Assembly: GCA_036785375.1 (NCBI GenBank)
Contig: JAWMAR010000056.1
Location: 4,526,001-4,590,000 of the forward strand
DNA length: 64,000 nt
From: Leucoraja ocellata
Lineage: Eukaryota
Direction of reading: 5' to 3'
Positions 37,221 to 50,934 of this stretch are shown here, piece by piece; the stretch's first letter is position 1; every line of letters begins with the position of its first letter. The notes under the pieces are model-generated. The model searched no databases. It had not been told where the DNA came from and saw only the letters and a program-made list of their open reading frames with translations. The position numbers and the translations under genes are program-made.

Positions 37221-38309
37221 TGTTAATTGTCCCTAATGTGTAGGATAGAATGGGTGATCACTGGTCGGTGCAGACTTGGTGGGCCAAAGGGCCTTTTTTC
37301 CAGGACGTATCTCTCAAATTAAAGTCCTTTGGCCCTTGGGTCCACACCAACCATCAAGCACCCCACACGCATCCATTTTATTTTTAGCCTTACCACCATC
37401 CCATCACCTCATCTTCACCACCCCAGATTCTACCACTCACTTACACTCGAGGGGCAACTGACAGTGGCCAATTAACCTGGCAATCTGGAATGTGGGGAAA
37501 CAAATCTGAGCACCCAAGGGAAGCCTGTGTGACAGCAGAGAGAACTTGCAAACAGCACACAGACATGACACCGGGGCACTGGAGCTGCGAGGCAGCAACG
37601 CCGTGAAGAGGCAGAATCTCGGTTTGCGTATTAGATTGCACCATAGTTAAATAACTGCTCCTGAGAGGAATTTATGGATGATTTGTTTGCAATATCTAAC
37701 AATACTCATGCAAACTGAAATGCTGTGAAAGAATGGAAATTTAGCTCAAGAATGGAACTAAATTCATCTTTAAATCAATGGAGAGATACAGCACGTAAAC
37801 AGCCCCATTGGTCCACCGTCTACATTGACCATTTGCACTAAGCTAATCCAACTTTATTATTTCCACATTGTTATCAATTCCCTCCAGATTCTACCACTCA
37901 CATACACACGAGCGACAATTTACAGCAGCCAATTAACCTACCAGCCCACATGTCTTTGGGATGTGGGGGAAATGGAACACCCACAGGGTCATAAGCAGAA
38001 CATGCAAACTCCACACAGACAGCACTTGAGGTCAGGATTGAACCCGGGACTCTGGGTTCAATCCTGTGAGGCAGCAATTCTACAGCTGTGCCACCATGCT
38101 ATCCATTTAAAGTATTTCATCAGCCTTTATCTATTAGAAAATAAATATTCCTTTCCCACAACTCGTCCCTTTAAATCTGTAGATTGTAATTTTTATTTAA
38201 ATGATAGACTTTTGTTAAATGGTTATCTGACCTTGGACTAACTAAATACCTATTACCTGTCCATGCACACTTGACCTGTCATTTTTTTGTCAATCTCCCT
38301 GGCGCCTGC

Positions 38310-38676
38310 ATTTAAAAAGCTTCTTCTATGACTTCAGAGCTTCCCAAAATTCTTTGTAGATAGTGTAGGAAACATGGAATCCAAGTTGCAAGCAGTTTGT
38401 GAACTAACAATGGTCTGATTTAGTTTTGTCAATGTTGCTTAAGATATAAATATTGGACAGGCTTCAAGGATAACTTCCCTGCTTGTCTTTGAAATGGTGC
38501 CATGAGATTGTGTTATCACTCATTTGAGAGCGTTCGGTTTAACATTTCATTTTGCAGAAACTCAGCATTCGGCGCTGGAGTTGTCTGCCTGGAGTTTTGT
38601 GCTCCAGCCTTGTGGAGTGATACTTGAAATATCTCACAGAGGCATCAGTGCTTCCAGCTGAGCCTCAGATGACACT
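38310..38676 (-). mobile_element. Old, decayed Deu-domain-type SINE (SacSINE1/AmnSINE-related)
   Basis: gatataaatattggacagg..cttccctgct..gaaatggtgccatgagat..cggtttaacatttcat..ttttgtgctccag resembles my recall of the shark Deu-SINE. Highly diverged. Confidence 0.55.
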
Positions 38677-41600
38677 GACAGAAGAGACTGGTAACTCACC
38701 TGGGGGTTGTTGTGTTTCAGCCACAATGCAATACTTAAAGGGCTATACTGCCACTGGACCAAATGTACGATCCAAAGCAAAAGAACAGGCCTGTGCTCCA
38801 GCACAACAACGTTTCTTCCTGAAACACAACAACAATTAGGTCAAGCGCTCTGAATTGTACAAACCTCCCTTTTGTGAGATGCCCTTAATGAACATTTACA
38901 AATCGAGCTTGATGGCACTCCGAAGGCTTTTGTGGAATTTTAATTATAGCTTCACCAACAATGCAGATATTCAAAAGACCCACTTGACTGTAATGTAAAA
39001 CCAGAAAAGTTGCATGCCACTTAGAGTTAATCACCTTCATGAAAATGCATAAATTATCCATTAATGGACACAAAACCATCATTTTTTTTAATCCTTGCTG
39101 GCGACCAAGACCTCTGTTTGATTATAAATAATTTATGGCGTTGCAAAGTGTGGTATGCAGCTGCATCTGGGAAGCAGAGGGACTGCTCTCAGGGTCAAAG
39201 AAGTGGCAGAGAAAAATGCACCTTCGGAAGAAAAAAATATCTGCATCCTTTATAGACATCAGGTAATGGGAGTCCGATTCACAGCATCATTAAAAGAAGT
39301 GGCAGCCTGGTGCTATCTGGCACTTGTAGTTTACAGATACGTAAACCATTCCTAGATGAGTATTTGCCCTGAAACCTCTCGAAAACAGTTTTAGAGATAC
39401 AGCGCGGAAGCAGGCCCTTCGGCCCATTGTATCCACACCGACCCGCGATCCCCACACATTAACTCTAGCCTACACACACCAGGGCCAATTTACATTTATA
39501 CTAAATTAACCTACAAACCTGTTCGTCCTTGGAGTGCGGAAGGAAACCAAAGTTCTCGGAGAAAACTCACGCAGGTCACGGGGAGAACAGGCAAACTCCG
39601 TACAGACAGCACCCGTAGTTAGGATCGAACCCGGTTCTCTGGCGCTGTAAGGTGCAAATTATATCTGCAAATATTGTGCTAATCACTTTCTTTGAGCATG
39701 TTGAAGATAGACCATTCAGAGCCAAGGTAGCCAATCTTCCAACCTGGGGGAAAAAAAGCATTGCTAAACACAATCGTGCTTTATTACACTTTTTAAATGT
39801 TGAACATTTTTAGTTACTAATTATAAAAATAGCAAATGAGAAGAGAAAAACTCTTGATTATTAGTCCCCAGCTACCAAACTCTGTACAGTTCTTATCACA
39901 GGCTACTGAAGCAAAGCCCAGAGACTGTGTGAAGATATATGAGCGTGTTTTCAAGACAGAATTGTAGATATAGTCAGAGTCACAGAGTCTGTGGGTGGCA
40001 TAGTGGTTGAGCTGGTAAAGCTGCTTGCTCCGCAGCACAAGAGATCTTGGTTCAATCCTGACCTCAGGACTGTCTGGAGTTTGCACGCCCTCCCTGTGAC
40101 CGCGTGGGTTTCCTCTGGGTGCTCCGGTTTCGTCCCACATCCCAAAGATGTGCGGGCTTGTAGGTTAATTGGCCTCTGTATATTACCCTGAGTGTGAAGG
40201 GAGCGGATGAGAAAGTGGGATAATATTGAACTGGTGTGGACTCAGTGGGCCGAAAGACTGGTTCCACACTGAATCACCAAACTAAACTAAAGTCTGCAGC
40301 AGAGAAAAGGATCTCTCACCCTATCACACCCACGCTAACCTTCTTGCCCATCTACGCTAATCATATATCCTTGCATTAAGTTTGTTTCGTTCTATGCCTT
40401 GTCTGTTCAGGAGCATGGCTAAATGCCTCTTGAACATAGTGACTGTATTTGATTCCACCACCTTGTTCAGCGTGTTGTCCAGATGGCGTGATTGTAATCT
40501 TTGTACAGTCTTTCCGTTGACTGGATAGCACGCAACAAAAAAGCTGTTCACTGTACCTCAGTATACGTGACAATAAACAAAACAAAATAATTCTTTGTGT
40601 CGGAAGGAACTGCAGATGCTGGTTTAAACCGAAGATCGACAAAAGGCTGGAGTAACTATATGTTTTAATTCTCATATCCACATTAAAACTCCAGCCTTCA
40701 CTTAGAATTATTCCGTTTTGTTTTAACACCCCAACCAAGGGAAAACAATCCTGATGATCCACCCTATCTATGACTCTCATCATTTTATATAGCTTCGACA
40801 GGTCACCACTTGGTCTCCTCTGATCCATGGAAAACAAGCCTGGCCTATTCAATCTCTCCCCCGAGCGACCGTTCTTCGATCTGGCCAATATATGGTGGAA
40901 TCAGCCAGAGAAAACCCATTTAGTCACAGAGAGAACATACAAACTCCTTACACACAGCACCCGTGGTCGGGATCGAACCTGGCTCTCTTGCGCTGTAAGG
41001 CAGCAACTCAACTGTTGCGCATCAACACTTGATCACAAAATTTAATTAACACTTCTCGTTGCTACCGTTGAGCAGGAGGTACTGACGCCTGATATCCCAC
41101 ATCACCTGGTTCAGGAACATCTACTTTCCTGCAACTATCAGATTCTTGAACCAACCTGTACAATCCCATTCCTACCTCAGCAATGGAACACCATGGACCG
41201 CCTCTTGCACTAACAGGTCTTATAGTAGTTTTTTTTTTTTGCATTGTCTTTCTTTTCACTGTCCTGTAGAATTTATATGGAATTCATGTTTGTGTGTGTT
41301 GGCTGGGTCTATGTGGCTAGGATGCTGTTGCGAGCAAGGTTTTCATTGTGCCTGCACGTAACTGTACATTGACAATAAACTTGACATCCAGTGAATCGCC
41401 TCTACTCTCTCTCCCAGGCCATCATGTCCTTTCTATACTGTGGTGACCAAAACTGTACGCAATATTCACGTGTGTCTGACCAGTGCTTGTAACATCACCA
41501 CATAACATCCCGACTTTTATATTGGCTGCCATGACGTATGCAGGAAAGTATGTCATATGCTCCCCTTCACCAACCTATCTGCCCATGCTGCCATTTTCAG

Positions 41601-42715
41601 AGGAAACCTAGATCCCTCTGTTCATCAACATCACTTACTGTGCTGCCATTTACCAGACATGTTCTATCCTTATCTAACCTCAAAATGCAGAACCTTTGAA
41701 GTTCTGGAGAGAGACTGCATGGACAAGGATTGCTTTCTTCGGAACACTGAGGGAAGAATTGATTGAAGTTTGTAAAGTTCTGAGAAACCGAACAAAAAGA
41801 CCTATTTCCTTCAGCAGACAGACCAGCAATTAAGCACATCAGTTTATGCTAATTGGGAGACAGATTAAAAGTGGGGAGCCAGAGGAAAAAATGCTGTTTG
41901 CTCAACTCGTGTTGGAGTTCTGAAACTCATTACCTGAGAGGCTGATTGAAATAAGTATTATAATGTGTTTCAGGCGAAGTTGGTTAAATAAATCGGGGAG
42001 AAACAGGCAGTTAGTTATGATGGGGCTATCTTAAATCAGACCTTGCTGGAATTTTTCCCCTTTACCATGTATCTGTACACTGTGGATGGCTCAATTGTAA
42101 TCATGTATTGTCTTTCCGCTGACTGGTTAGCATTGCCTAGAGTGTGTAGGTAATGGATGAGAAAGTGGGATAGCATAGAACCGGCTTGGACAGTGGGCCG
42201 AAGGGTCTGTTTCCACACTGTATTTCTAGACTAAACTAAAGTCGACAGCAGAGAAATGGATCCCACATTATTTCTATCTTGTCCACGACAAACTTCTTGC
42301 CCATCTATACTGATCACATTTCCGTGCATTTGGTCTGTATCCTTGCCTGTGTTGGAGGTTGGCTTAATTCCTCTTAAACGTAGTGACTGAATTTGATTCT
42401 TCCACCTCCTTCACCGTGTTCCACATGGCTTGATTGTAATGTTCAAGAAGGTACTGCAGATGCTGGAAAATCGAAGGTAGACAAAATTGCTGGAGAAACT
42501 CAGTGGGTACGACAGCATCTATGGAGCGAAGGAAATAGGCAACATTTCCGGTCGAAACCCTTCTTCAGCCTGACGTAATCATATGTCATTGTAATCATAT
42601 ACTGTCTTTCTGTTCTCTGGATATATGCTTTTCTCTGTACCTCGGTACACGTGACAATCAACAAAACGAAACAAACTAAATAATAGAGTGCAATGAAGTA
42701 GGGTTCAGAGGTGGA

Positions 42716-43139
42716 GGAAGGAACTGCAGATGCTGGTTTACACCGAAGATAGACACAAAATGCTAGAGTGACTCATCGGGACAGGCAGCATCCCTAGAAA
42801 GAAGGAATGGGCGACGTTTCGGGTCAAGACCCTTCTTCCGTCTGAGAGTCAGGGTAGGGGGAGACACAGAGATAAAGAAGGGTAATGTGTAAATACGAGA
42901 CATCAAAGGAGATGCCGCTCAAGGAAAACAGAATAGATCATTGTTAGCGAGGAGAAGGTGACAACGAAGCATACAGAGATAAAATTTAATCAGGGGAACA
43001 GTTAGACTGGTGGGAGAACAAGGAAGGGGGAGAGAGAGAGAGAGAAAGCAAGGCTTACTTGAGGTTAGAGAAATCAATATTCATACCGCTGGGTTGTAAG
43101 CTGCCCAAGCGAAATACAAGGAGCTGTTCCTCCAATTTG
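42716..43139 (-). mobile_element. Penelope-like element (PLE) 3' fragment: GIY-YIG endonuclease C-terminus, 3' UTR and hammerhead-bearing terminal repeat
   Basis: The minus strand reads KLEEQLLVFRLGSLQPSGMNIDFSNLK*, typical of a PLE GIY-YIG end. It is followed by UTR and then a (mutated) hammerhead core at about 42809-42843. Confidence 0.8.
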
Positions 43140-44529
43140 TATTGAGCACATCTTTTGGGCTGAATGGCCTGCCTTAGGGCTACAAATCTTACGTAAATGC
43201 CATTTTATTTATTTGACCCCAAAAGCTGCAATTTGCCGAGAGACTTTTTCCAGTTATAAATTTTGCTGATTAGCATTTTTGGAATGAAATGCAATAAATT
43301 CAGAGAAAGGTTAAGATGTTTTTTTGTTACAGTGACTGAAGCCAAAATCCCAAGGTTCCAGACGGTGCAGTAATCTGTAATTAAAACTGCATATTTTGTA
43401 AACAGAAAGACTACATTTTGTACTGACTAAGCTAGTGTCAGTAATATTCAAATGCTTGCTCGCTTGTGTGACAAGCTTGATGTTTCCCCCACATTTAGTC
43501 ACCAGTGTGTGTAGGAAGGAACTGCAGATGCTGGTTTAAACCGAAGATAGACACAAAAAGCTGGAGTAACTAAGCGGGACTATGGGTGACATTTCATAGA
43601 TCATAGAAACATAGAAAATAGGTGCAGGAGTAGGCCATTCGGCCCTTCGAGCCCGCACTGCCATTCAATATGATCATGGCTGATCATCCAACTCAGTATC
43701 CCATCCCTGCCTTCTCTCCATACCCCCTAATCCCTTTAGCCACAAGGGCCACATCTAACTCCCTCTTAAATATAGCCAATGAACTGGCCTCAACTACCTT
43801 CTGTGGCAGAGAATTCCACAGATTCACCACTCTCTGTGTGAAAAATGATTTTCTCATCTCGGTCCTAAAAGACTTCCCTCTTATCCTTAAACTATGACCC
43901 CTTGTTCTGGACTTCCCCAACATTGGGAATATTTCGGGTCGAGTCTGAGGAAGGGTCTCGATCCGAAACGTTGTCCCGTTGAGTTACTCCAGCTTTTTGT
44001 GTCTATCTTCAGTTATTCACCAGTTTGTTGGTCTCAGACCTGGTTCCAAGCTGACCGCTAGTATTAGAAGCAAAATACAGCAGATGCGAGAAATCCAAAA
44101 TAAAAATAGAAAATGCTGCCTCTGGTTGTCTGACCTAAATGTTTGCAGCACATCTTGGTTCCACTTGTACTGTTAGGCCTAATAGGAAAGATTCAAAATG
44201 TACAGCAGAGTGAAGCATGACGAGACATTAGGATGCTTTAGGATGAAGCACATAGCTGATGAGTTCTGTGTACAGTTGTCAAGATTTCATTCATAAATTT
44301 TGCTTGACGTTTCTGTTTTATTGTGGTTTACATTCAGGACAAACAGATGTTGTGATATGCGGTGAAGAAGGTAAGCTGCTGCCAAGCTGGTGGCCATGTG
44401 GCTAGTGGCAAGAATTGCTCCCTCAAAGCAGTGAAGTTGTGCCACATTCAACAAATCACCATAAATCATGCTCCTGAGTGCAGGCTCGAAGGGCCGAATG
44501 GCCTACTCCTGCACCTATTTTCTATGCTC

Positions 44530-45118
44530 ATAAATTCATAAAGTGATAGGAGCAGAATTGGGCCATTCGGCCCGTCAAGTCTAATCTGCATTTAATCATG
44601 GCTGAACTCTATCTCCCTCCTAACCCCATTCTCCTCCCTTCTCCCCATAACCCCTGACACCCATTAGTATTAGAATATTTCTATCTCTGCCTTAAAAATA
44701 TCAATTGACTTGGCCTCCACAGCCTTCTGTGGCAAAGAATTCCACAGATTCACCACTCTCTGACTAAATAAATTCCTCCTCATCTCCTTCCTAAAGGAAT
44801 GTCCTTTAATTCTGAGGCTATGACCTCCACTCCTAGACTTTGCCACTGGTGGAAACATCTTCTCCACATCCACTCTATCCAGGCCTTTCACTATTCGGTA
44901 CGTTTCAATGAGGAACCCCCTCATCCTTCTAAACTCCAGCGAGTACAGGCCCAGTGCCGGCAAACGCTCATCATAGGTTAACCCGCTCATTCCTGGGATC
45001 ATTCTTGTAAACCTCCTCTGGACCCTCTCTAGAGCCAGCACATCCTTCCTCTGATATGGGGCCTAATATTGCTCACAATATTCCAAATGCAGCCTGACCA
45101 GCGCCTTATAGAGCCTCA
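44530..45118 (-). mobile_element. CR1 LINE 3' fragment
   Basis: ORF 44670-45041 reads LERVQRRFTRMIPG..FSQRVVNLWNSLP, followed by a CR1 3' UTR. Confidence 0.92.
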
Positions 45119-45769
45119 ATCCTGACAACCACTGCCGAAAACCACAGGGCTTTCTCCTGTTAGCGGATGTGTTCCCCATCACTCCTACACTGTGTATTTG
45201 ATCACTTAGTGAAACAAGGAGGTATTCTTTTTTTACCAGGGTTCCGACAAATTAATAATTCTTGAGGTTTATCATTACAATTTAGAAGGAACCGCTTCTT
45301 GAGATTTCTCCCCAGGAATCATTCCCTGAAGTCCATTATTGTTTATGTAGATTATATAGGACCTGTAATGGTATTCACACATTGGAAACAAAAAGGTAGA
45401 TATAATATCTGTACAGCAGAAGCACTTGTGTCTGTCAGCACTATATTTCACTAAAAATCGTTTGATCAGAAATCACCTCGGGTATTACCTCTAGGTAATG
45501 ACATGGTGTATATGGGAAACTATGTGGATCAGTATATCAAAGTCTTCAGTGATAAATCTAGGGAGGCAGATTTATGCTTGAATATATTCCTGAAGAAGAA
45601 TATAATTCCATTTCTGCCTAAGCTTGGCAATATTGGAATGGGATAACATGCATCTTTATGGGCAACACCTCTCCTCATTTTTAATCCACATATCTATTTC
45701 TACACAAGGATAGACACAAAATGCTGGCGTAACTCAGCGGGACAGCCAGCATCTATGGAGAGAAGGAAC

Positions 45770-45804
45770 GGGTGACGTTTCAGGTCGAGACCCTTCTTCA
45801 GACT
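45770..45804 (-). ncRNA. Minimal type I hammerhead ribozyme motif in a Penelope-derived repeat
   Basis: The reverse complement reads agt-CTGAAGA-a-gggtc(tc)gacct-GAAA-cGTC-accc. Confidence 0.6.
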
Positions 45805-48800
45805 CTTCAGTATTTCTACATATTTGAAATAAAACCATATCCAGCCACAACTCTTTTTGATTGTGGTTTTTAGACAATAGTGTAGTGTACGTTTGATGGC
45901 TAGCTATTGGAAAGGTTCATGTGCAAGATACCTGATCCAAGTTTGATCTTGCACAACGAGGTACATCTCACTGTAACAAAGCTGTTAACTGAAGCCAGAG
46001 CATCCACTAGGAAATCCTCACACACACGCTTCAGGGCGGCACGGTGGAGCAGCGATAGAGTATGCTGCCCTGCAACGCATGCAGTGCCAGAGGCACGTAG
46101 TCAATCCTGACTGCGGGTGCTGTCTGTACGGAGTTTGTACGTTCTCCCCATGATCGCGGGTGTTTCCTCCGAGATCATCATTTTCCTCCCACACGCCAAA
46201 GACATACAGGGTTGTGGGTTAATTTGCTTGGTATAAGTGTAAATTGTCCCCAGTGTGTGTGTTGGACAGTGTTAGACAATAGAGGACAATGCAGGAGTAG
46301 GCCCTTCGAGCCAGCACCGCAGTACACTGTGATCGTGGCTGATCATCCACATTCAGTACACATTAATGGACGGGGATCGCTGGTCGGTGCGGACTCGGTG
46401 GGCCGAAGGGCCTGTTTCAACGCTGTATCTCTAAACTAAACTAAACTAAACTAAACTACAACATGTGGGACACCACTGTTTTACTGAAGAAAATAACAGA
46501 TTATTTTTGCAAATCCTAAAATGACCAGCTTTTGTATATTTATTTTCTTCAATTGGCAATGCAGGCTTGGTGAGGTGGCAGCTTTCGGATTGCTTCTGGG
46601 ACTTTTGTTTACAAATAGTTTTAAATTCCAACTTTTCAAAAGAGATTCCTTTGACTTCACTAAAGTCCATACCCATTACGCATATAATCCTTTCTTCAAT
46701 GCATCATTTTGAGTTTCTTTCTGTTGGACTGTAATTTAATTTGATTGCCATTTAATCCTGATCATTTATTTGAATTGCCAAATTCAGATAAATTCCCACA
46801 AGTACTAGGTTTGTTTTTATATATTATGGTCCTTCCAATGAGGTCATCTAATGAGGCTGTGGTGCACAGACCAGAGGGATAACATTTAGACACAGAAACA
46901 TAGAAAATAGGTGCAGGGGTAGGCCATTCGGCCCTTCGAGCCAGCACCGCCATTCAATATGATCATGCATGATCATCCAAAATCAGTACCCCGTTCCTGC
47001 TTTCTCCCTTGATTCCGTTAATCCTAAGAGCTATATCTAACTCTCTCTTGAAAACATCCAGTGAATTGGCCTCCACTGCCTTCTTTGGCAGAGAATTCCA
47101 CAGATTCACAACTTTCTGAGTGAAAAAATGTTTCCTCATCTCAGCCCTAAATGGCCTACCCCTTATTCTTAAACTTAAATTTAATTCTCATTCATTAGTG
47201 CTGGGGTTGTATGACTGCCCTCAGATTCTGTTTAGTTCATGAGTGCTTGTGGGTCTGATATTTAACCTATTGACCCTTATTAGGTGAATGCATGAACAAC
47301 AGTGGGCAAGGATAGGCTGGGACTTGTGATTCTTCTTCCAATTGAATGTGGAAGTCTTCATTGTAGTAATGCTTGAAAAATGTAGCTTTGGTTTATAGTT
47401 TAATTTAGAGATCCAGTGCAGAAACAGGCCCTTCAGCCCAGCGAGTCAATGCCGGCCAGCGATCCCCACTTTCTTGCAATATCCTGCACCCACAAGGGAA
47501 AGTTATACTTTTACCAGGCCAATTAGCCCACTAACCTGTACTCCCTCGGAGTGTGGGAGGAAACCAGATATTCCGGGGAAAACCCATGCGGATACGGGGG
47601 GAGATTGTACGAACTGACAGCACCCGGATCTCCGACGCTGTGAGTCAGCAACTGCGCCACGGTGACTTTGATGTTTTTAACCAGGCAACTAGATGACTAT
47701 GAGAGCGAAAAGGCAGGAGGTGGTGGCATTGTGGAGGGTGCAGAGGAGATTTATCTGAATGTTGCCTTGATTAGAGCACTTCAGTTATAAGGGGAGACGG
47801 GATCGTTTGGTTTTGACCTCCCTGGAGTTCAGGAGTCTGAAGGATAGCCTGATAGAGAGGTGCAAACTTTGAGGGAGGTAGATAGTAAGAATCTTTTTCC
47901 CTTGGTTGGGAATGTCAAAAAACAAAACTGATAATGGGTAAACGGTCAAAGGTAGGAAGTTTAGAATTGGATCTAAGTGGTATTTCCTGTAGAATGATTG
48001 GAATCTGGAACACAATATCTAAAGAGGTGTTAGAGGCATATCATCTCAAAGCATGTATGAAACACTTGAGTTAGGGTGGCACAGCGGTAGAGTTGCAGCC
48101 TCTCATCTCCGCACACCCTGGTCCGATCCAGACTACTGGTGCTGTCCGTACGGGGTTTTATACCTTCCTCCTGTGACTGCATAGGTTTTCTCCGGGTGCT
48201 CTTGCAAATTGTAAATGGTAGACTGAAGGGCCAGTTTTTGTGTTGTATCACAGCACCAGAGACCCGGGTTCGATCCTGACTACGGGCAACGTCTGTGCGG
48301 AGTTTGTGCATTGTCCCTGTGACCGTGTGGGTTTTTGCCGGGAGCTCTGGTTTCCTCCCACACTCCAGGTTTGTAGGTTAATTGGCTTCAGTAGAAATTG
48401 TAAAGTGTCCCTAGTGTGTGTGTGCCGTATATGCTGCTGTTGTGCGGGGATTGCTGGACTTGTTTCCATGCTGTTCCTCTAAACTAAACTGAGTCATCTA
48501 AACTCTCCTCATTGCAGACTTCCATCCATCTGTTGGTGCATTGCCAACGTACAGATCAGTGGTCTCTAAGGTCAAACTTGAGAAGGACCTAAAAATGTGC
48601 TTCTTGCACAGAGCATAATCAACAACTGGAGTGGCCCTTCAAGAAATGTGGTTGCAAACTGAGCACTGGACCTCTTCATGAGACAATGGGATGTCATAAT
48701 GGAAAGGCGTTAGAATTGATCATCTGAAAGGATAGGATCAAGTGGGTTCAAGGGCTCTCTACATCCAGAGTTAACACATTACCTGGCACTCTTATTGATG

Positions 48801-50069
48801 CACTAAATCTGATAATGTTTGAATGCATGACACTAATAAGTAAACAATGAATTCCCATTGGTATGAATACTCTGAGCAGAGTATGTGGCACAACCCGTTT
48901 AAAATCCATTTGTTGTAGATGAGCCAGCTATTAACATGCAACGAAACACGTTGTAATAATTCAGTAAATAGCGTATGCTTCTATCCGAAGGATCTGATTG
49001 CAGGAAGCCAGGTTGACCTGCCTGCACTTTTCCTGCCATTAGTAATGCCACATGTTATCTCTAGTCCGATCCATTTGAAAACAGAACAATGATCACTTCT
49101 ATCTCTCTGCACATGGGAAAAAAAAAGACCAAGCCCCAAATGTTAAGGGCAGTTGCAAGCAGCATAATGAGTCTCATGCTTGACATATTTATGTGGCTTT
49201 TATGTACTTTTGACTTGAAAAGTATCATTGCCATCCCCTTTTTATCTCGGGTTTAGCTAATAGAGTTCTAAAGAAAATGAAAGCATTAAAATGATACAAT
49301 CAGCATTTGCAGGGAAATTGGAACAACATGTGGACAGAAAGTGATCCATTTTATGGAAGATGTATTGCTGGGAATTACGGCAAAAGTTAAGGCAATCCTT
49401 TTCACCTTACATTAGTTAACAGGAGCGTGGAGTTTCACAAAATGTCCATTAATGCTTAACTTTGAAGGCGAATGATAGAGTTAAGCTTTTGCGGCTGGAC
49501 TTCTACATGGCAAACTCCTGTTAGCTGGCTGTGATGGAACTGTTACTGATTGAGCTAAGTCATGAGTCTGATTCGGCTATTCCCAGCCAAAACAGAGGTT
49601 GGAAATCACTGAGAGCTGTATGTTATGAATCACACTCTAGGGTATTGAGCAAACGGATCAGTAGTTCTGTGATACGTGTGGCATTGAGAAGAGGAATAGA
49701 TTCTGCTTTTTCCACTGCGCGTTTGGACCAGCTCTGAATCACACTGAAAAGTGTTACATTAGAAAGTCTCAATATACTTTCCCCAGTAGATATCATTGTC
49801 AAATTAGGACAAATGGCTTTGGCCAATCCATCATCACATCGCATTTATTTTGTATGAAAAGGGATGAACTTGCAATTAGAAAACCAAATGTTAAGGGTGG
49901 CGTGGCAGTAAAGCTACTGCCTCACAGCGCCAGAGACCCGGGTTCGATCCTGACTACGGGTGCTGTCTGCACAGAGTTTGCACGTTCTCCCCGTGACCTG
50001 CGTGGGTTTTCCCCAAGAGTTTCGGATTCCTCCCACACTCCACAGACGTACAGGTTTGTAGTTTAATTG

Positions 50070-50934
50070 ATCGCCCCCGACAGATGGTTCGACTGCCCAG
50101 ACCGCGGGAGAAATGGATAAAGAGGAAGAAGATTGGACTTTATTGCCTTCCATCACAGTGAGGAATGTGGGGAATCCGCTGTGATGGATGTTTACGTTAA
50201 CTTCCCGACGGGCCGCACGGCCAGAAGGATTCCCGGCGCGACGCGGCTGAGGACTGGGAACGCGACTGGAGGCCTTTATCGAGGCGCCGCGGTCTCGATG
50301 CCTCCCGGAACGCCACGTAGAAGCCCGGGTTGGGGCCCGGCCGGGGCCTTGCGGATAGAAGCATGGGTCGGGCGAAGCGGCCGCTGCTGGAACCCGGATC
50401 GGCACCGCAGAGGCGTGAAGGATGGCGTCAACAGGGGTGAGGCCTCGATGATGCTAGTGGTGAAGACTCGCGACGATGGGGCCTCAGCGGTGGTGAAACC
50501 TCGCGGGTCGAACCGCGGTCGACGTACGATGAGAGAGTGGAGAGCCACCGCGAGGGGGGGGGGGAAGAACAATGGAGGACCCGGCATGGGGGGACCGTCG
50601 TGAGGGGAGAGGGGGGGAACAATGGACAATGGGGGGGGGGACAAAGGACAATGGGGACCTGTCGTGGGGGGAGCCGCTGGGGGGGCGGGGGGGAATGAGG
50701 ACAAAAGGGGGAGCCAGCTTGCTTTGTAACTTTGTCAGCTGCTATATGTATACATTACAAAGAATCTCACCGTGCCTAGTCACATGTGACAATAAAGTAT
50801 TCCTATTCCTATTCCTATCTTTTATGTATTTGTGTCTTATTGCTTTATTCATCATATGGCTGTATGGTAATTCGCATATCACTGTACCTTAATTGGTACA
50901 TGTGACTATTGAGACGTTTGAACTCTTTGAAACC
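50070..50934 (+). mobile_element. Nested non-autonomous retroelements inside a V-SINE (outer 50070-50934, inner CpG-rich 50204-50818)
   Basis: Outer TSD tttaattg at 50062-50069 and 50935-50942. The inner element ends gtgacaataaa(gtattc/ctattc)n and is flanked by ctt. Confidence 0.75.
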
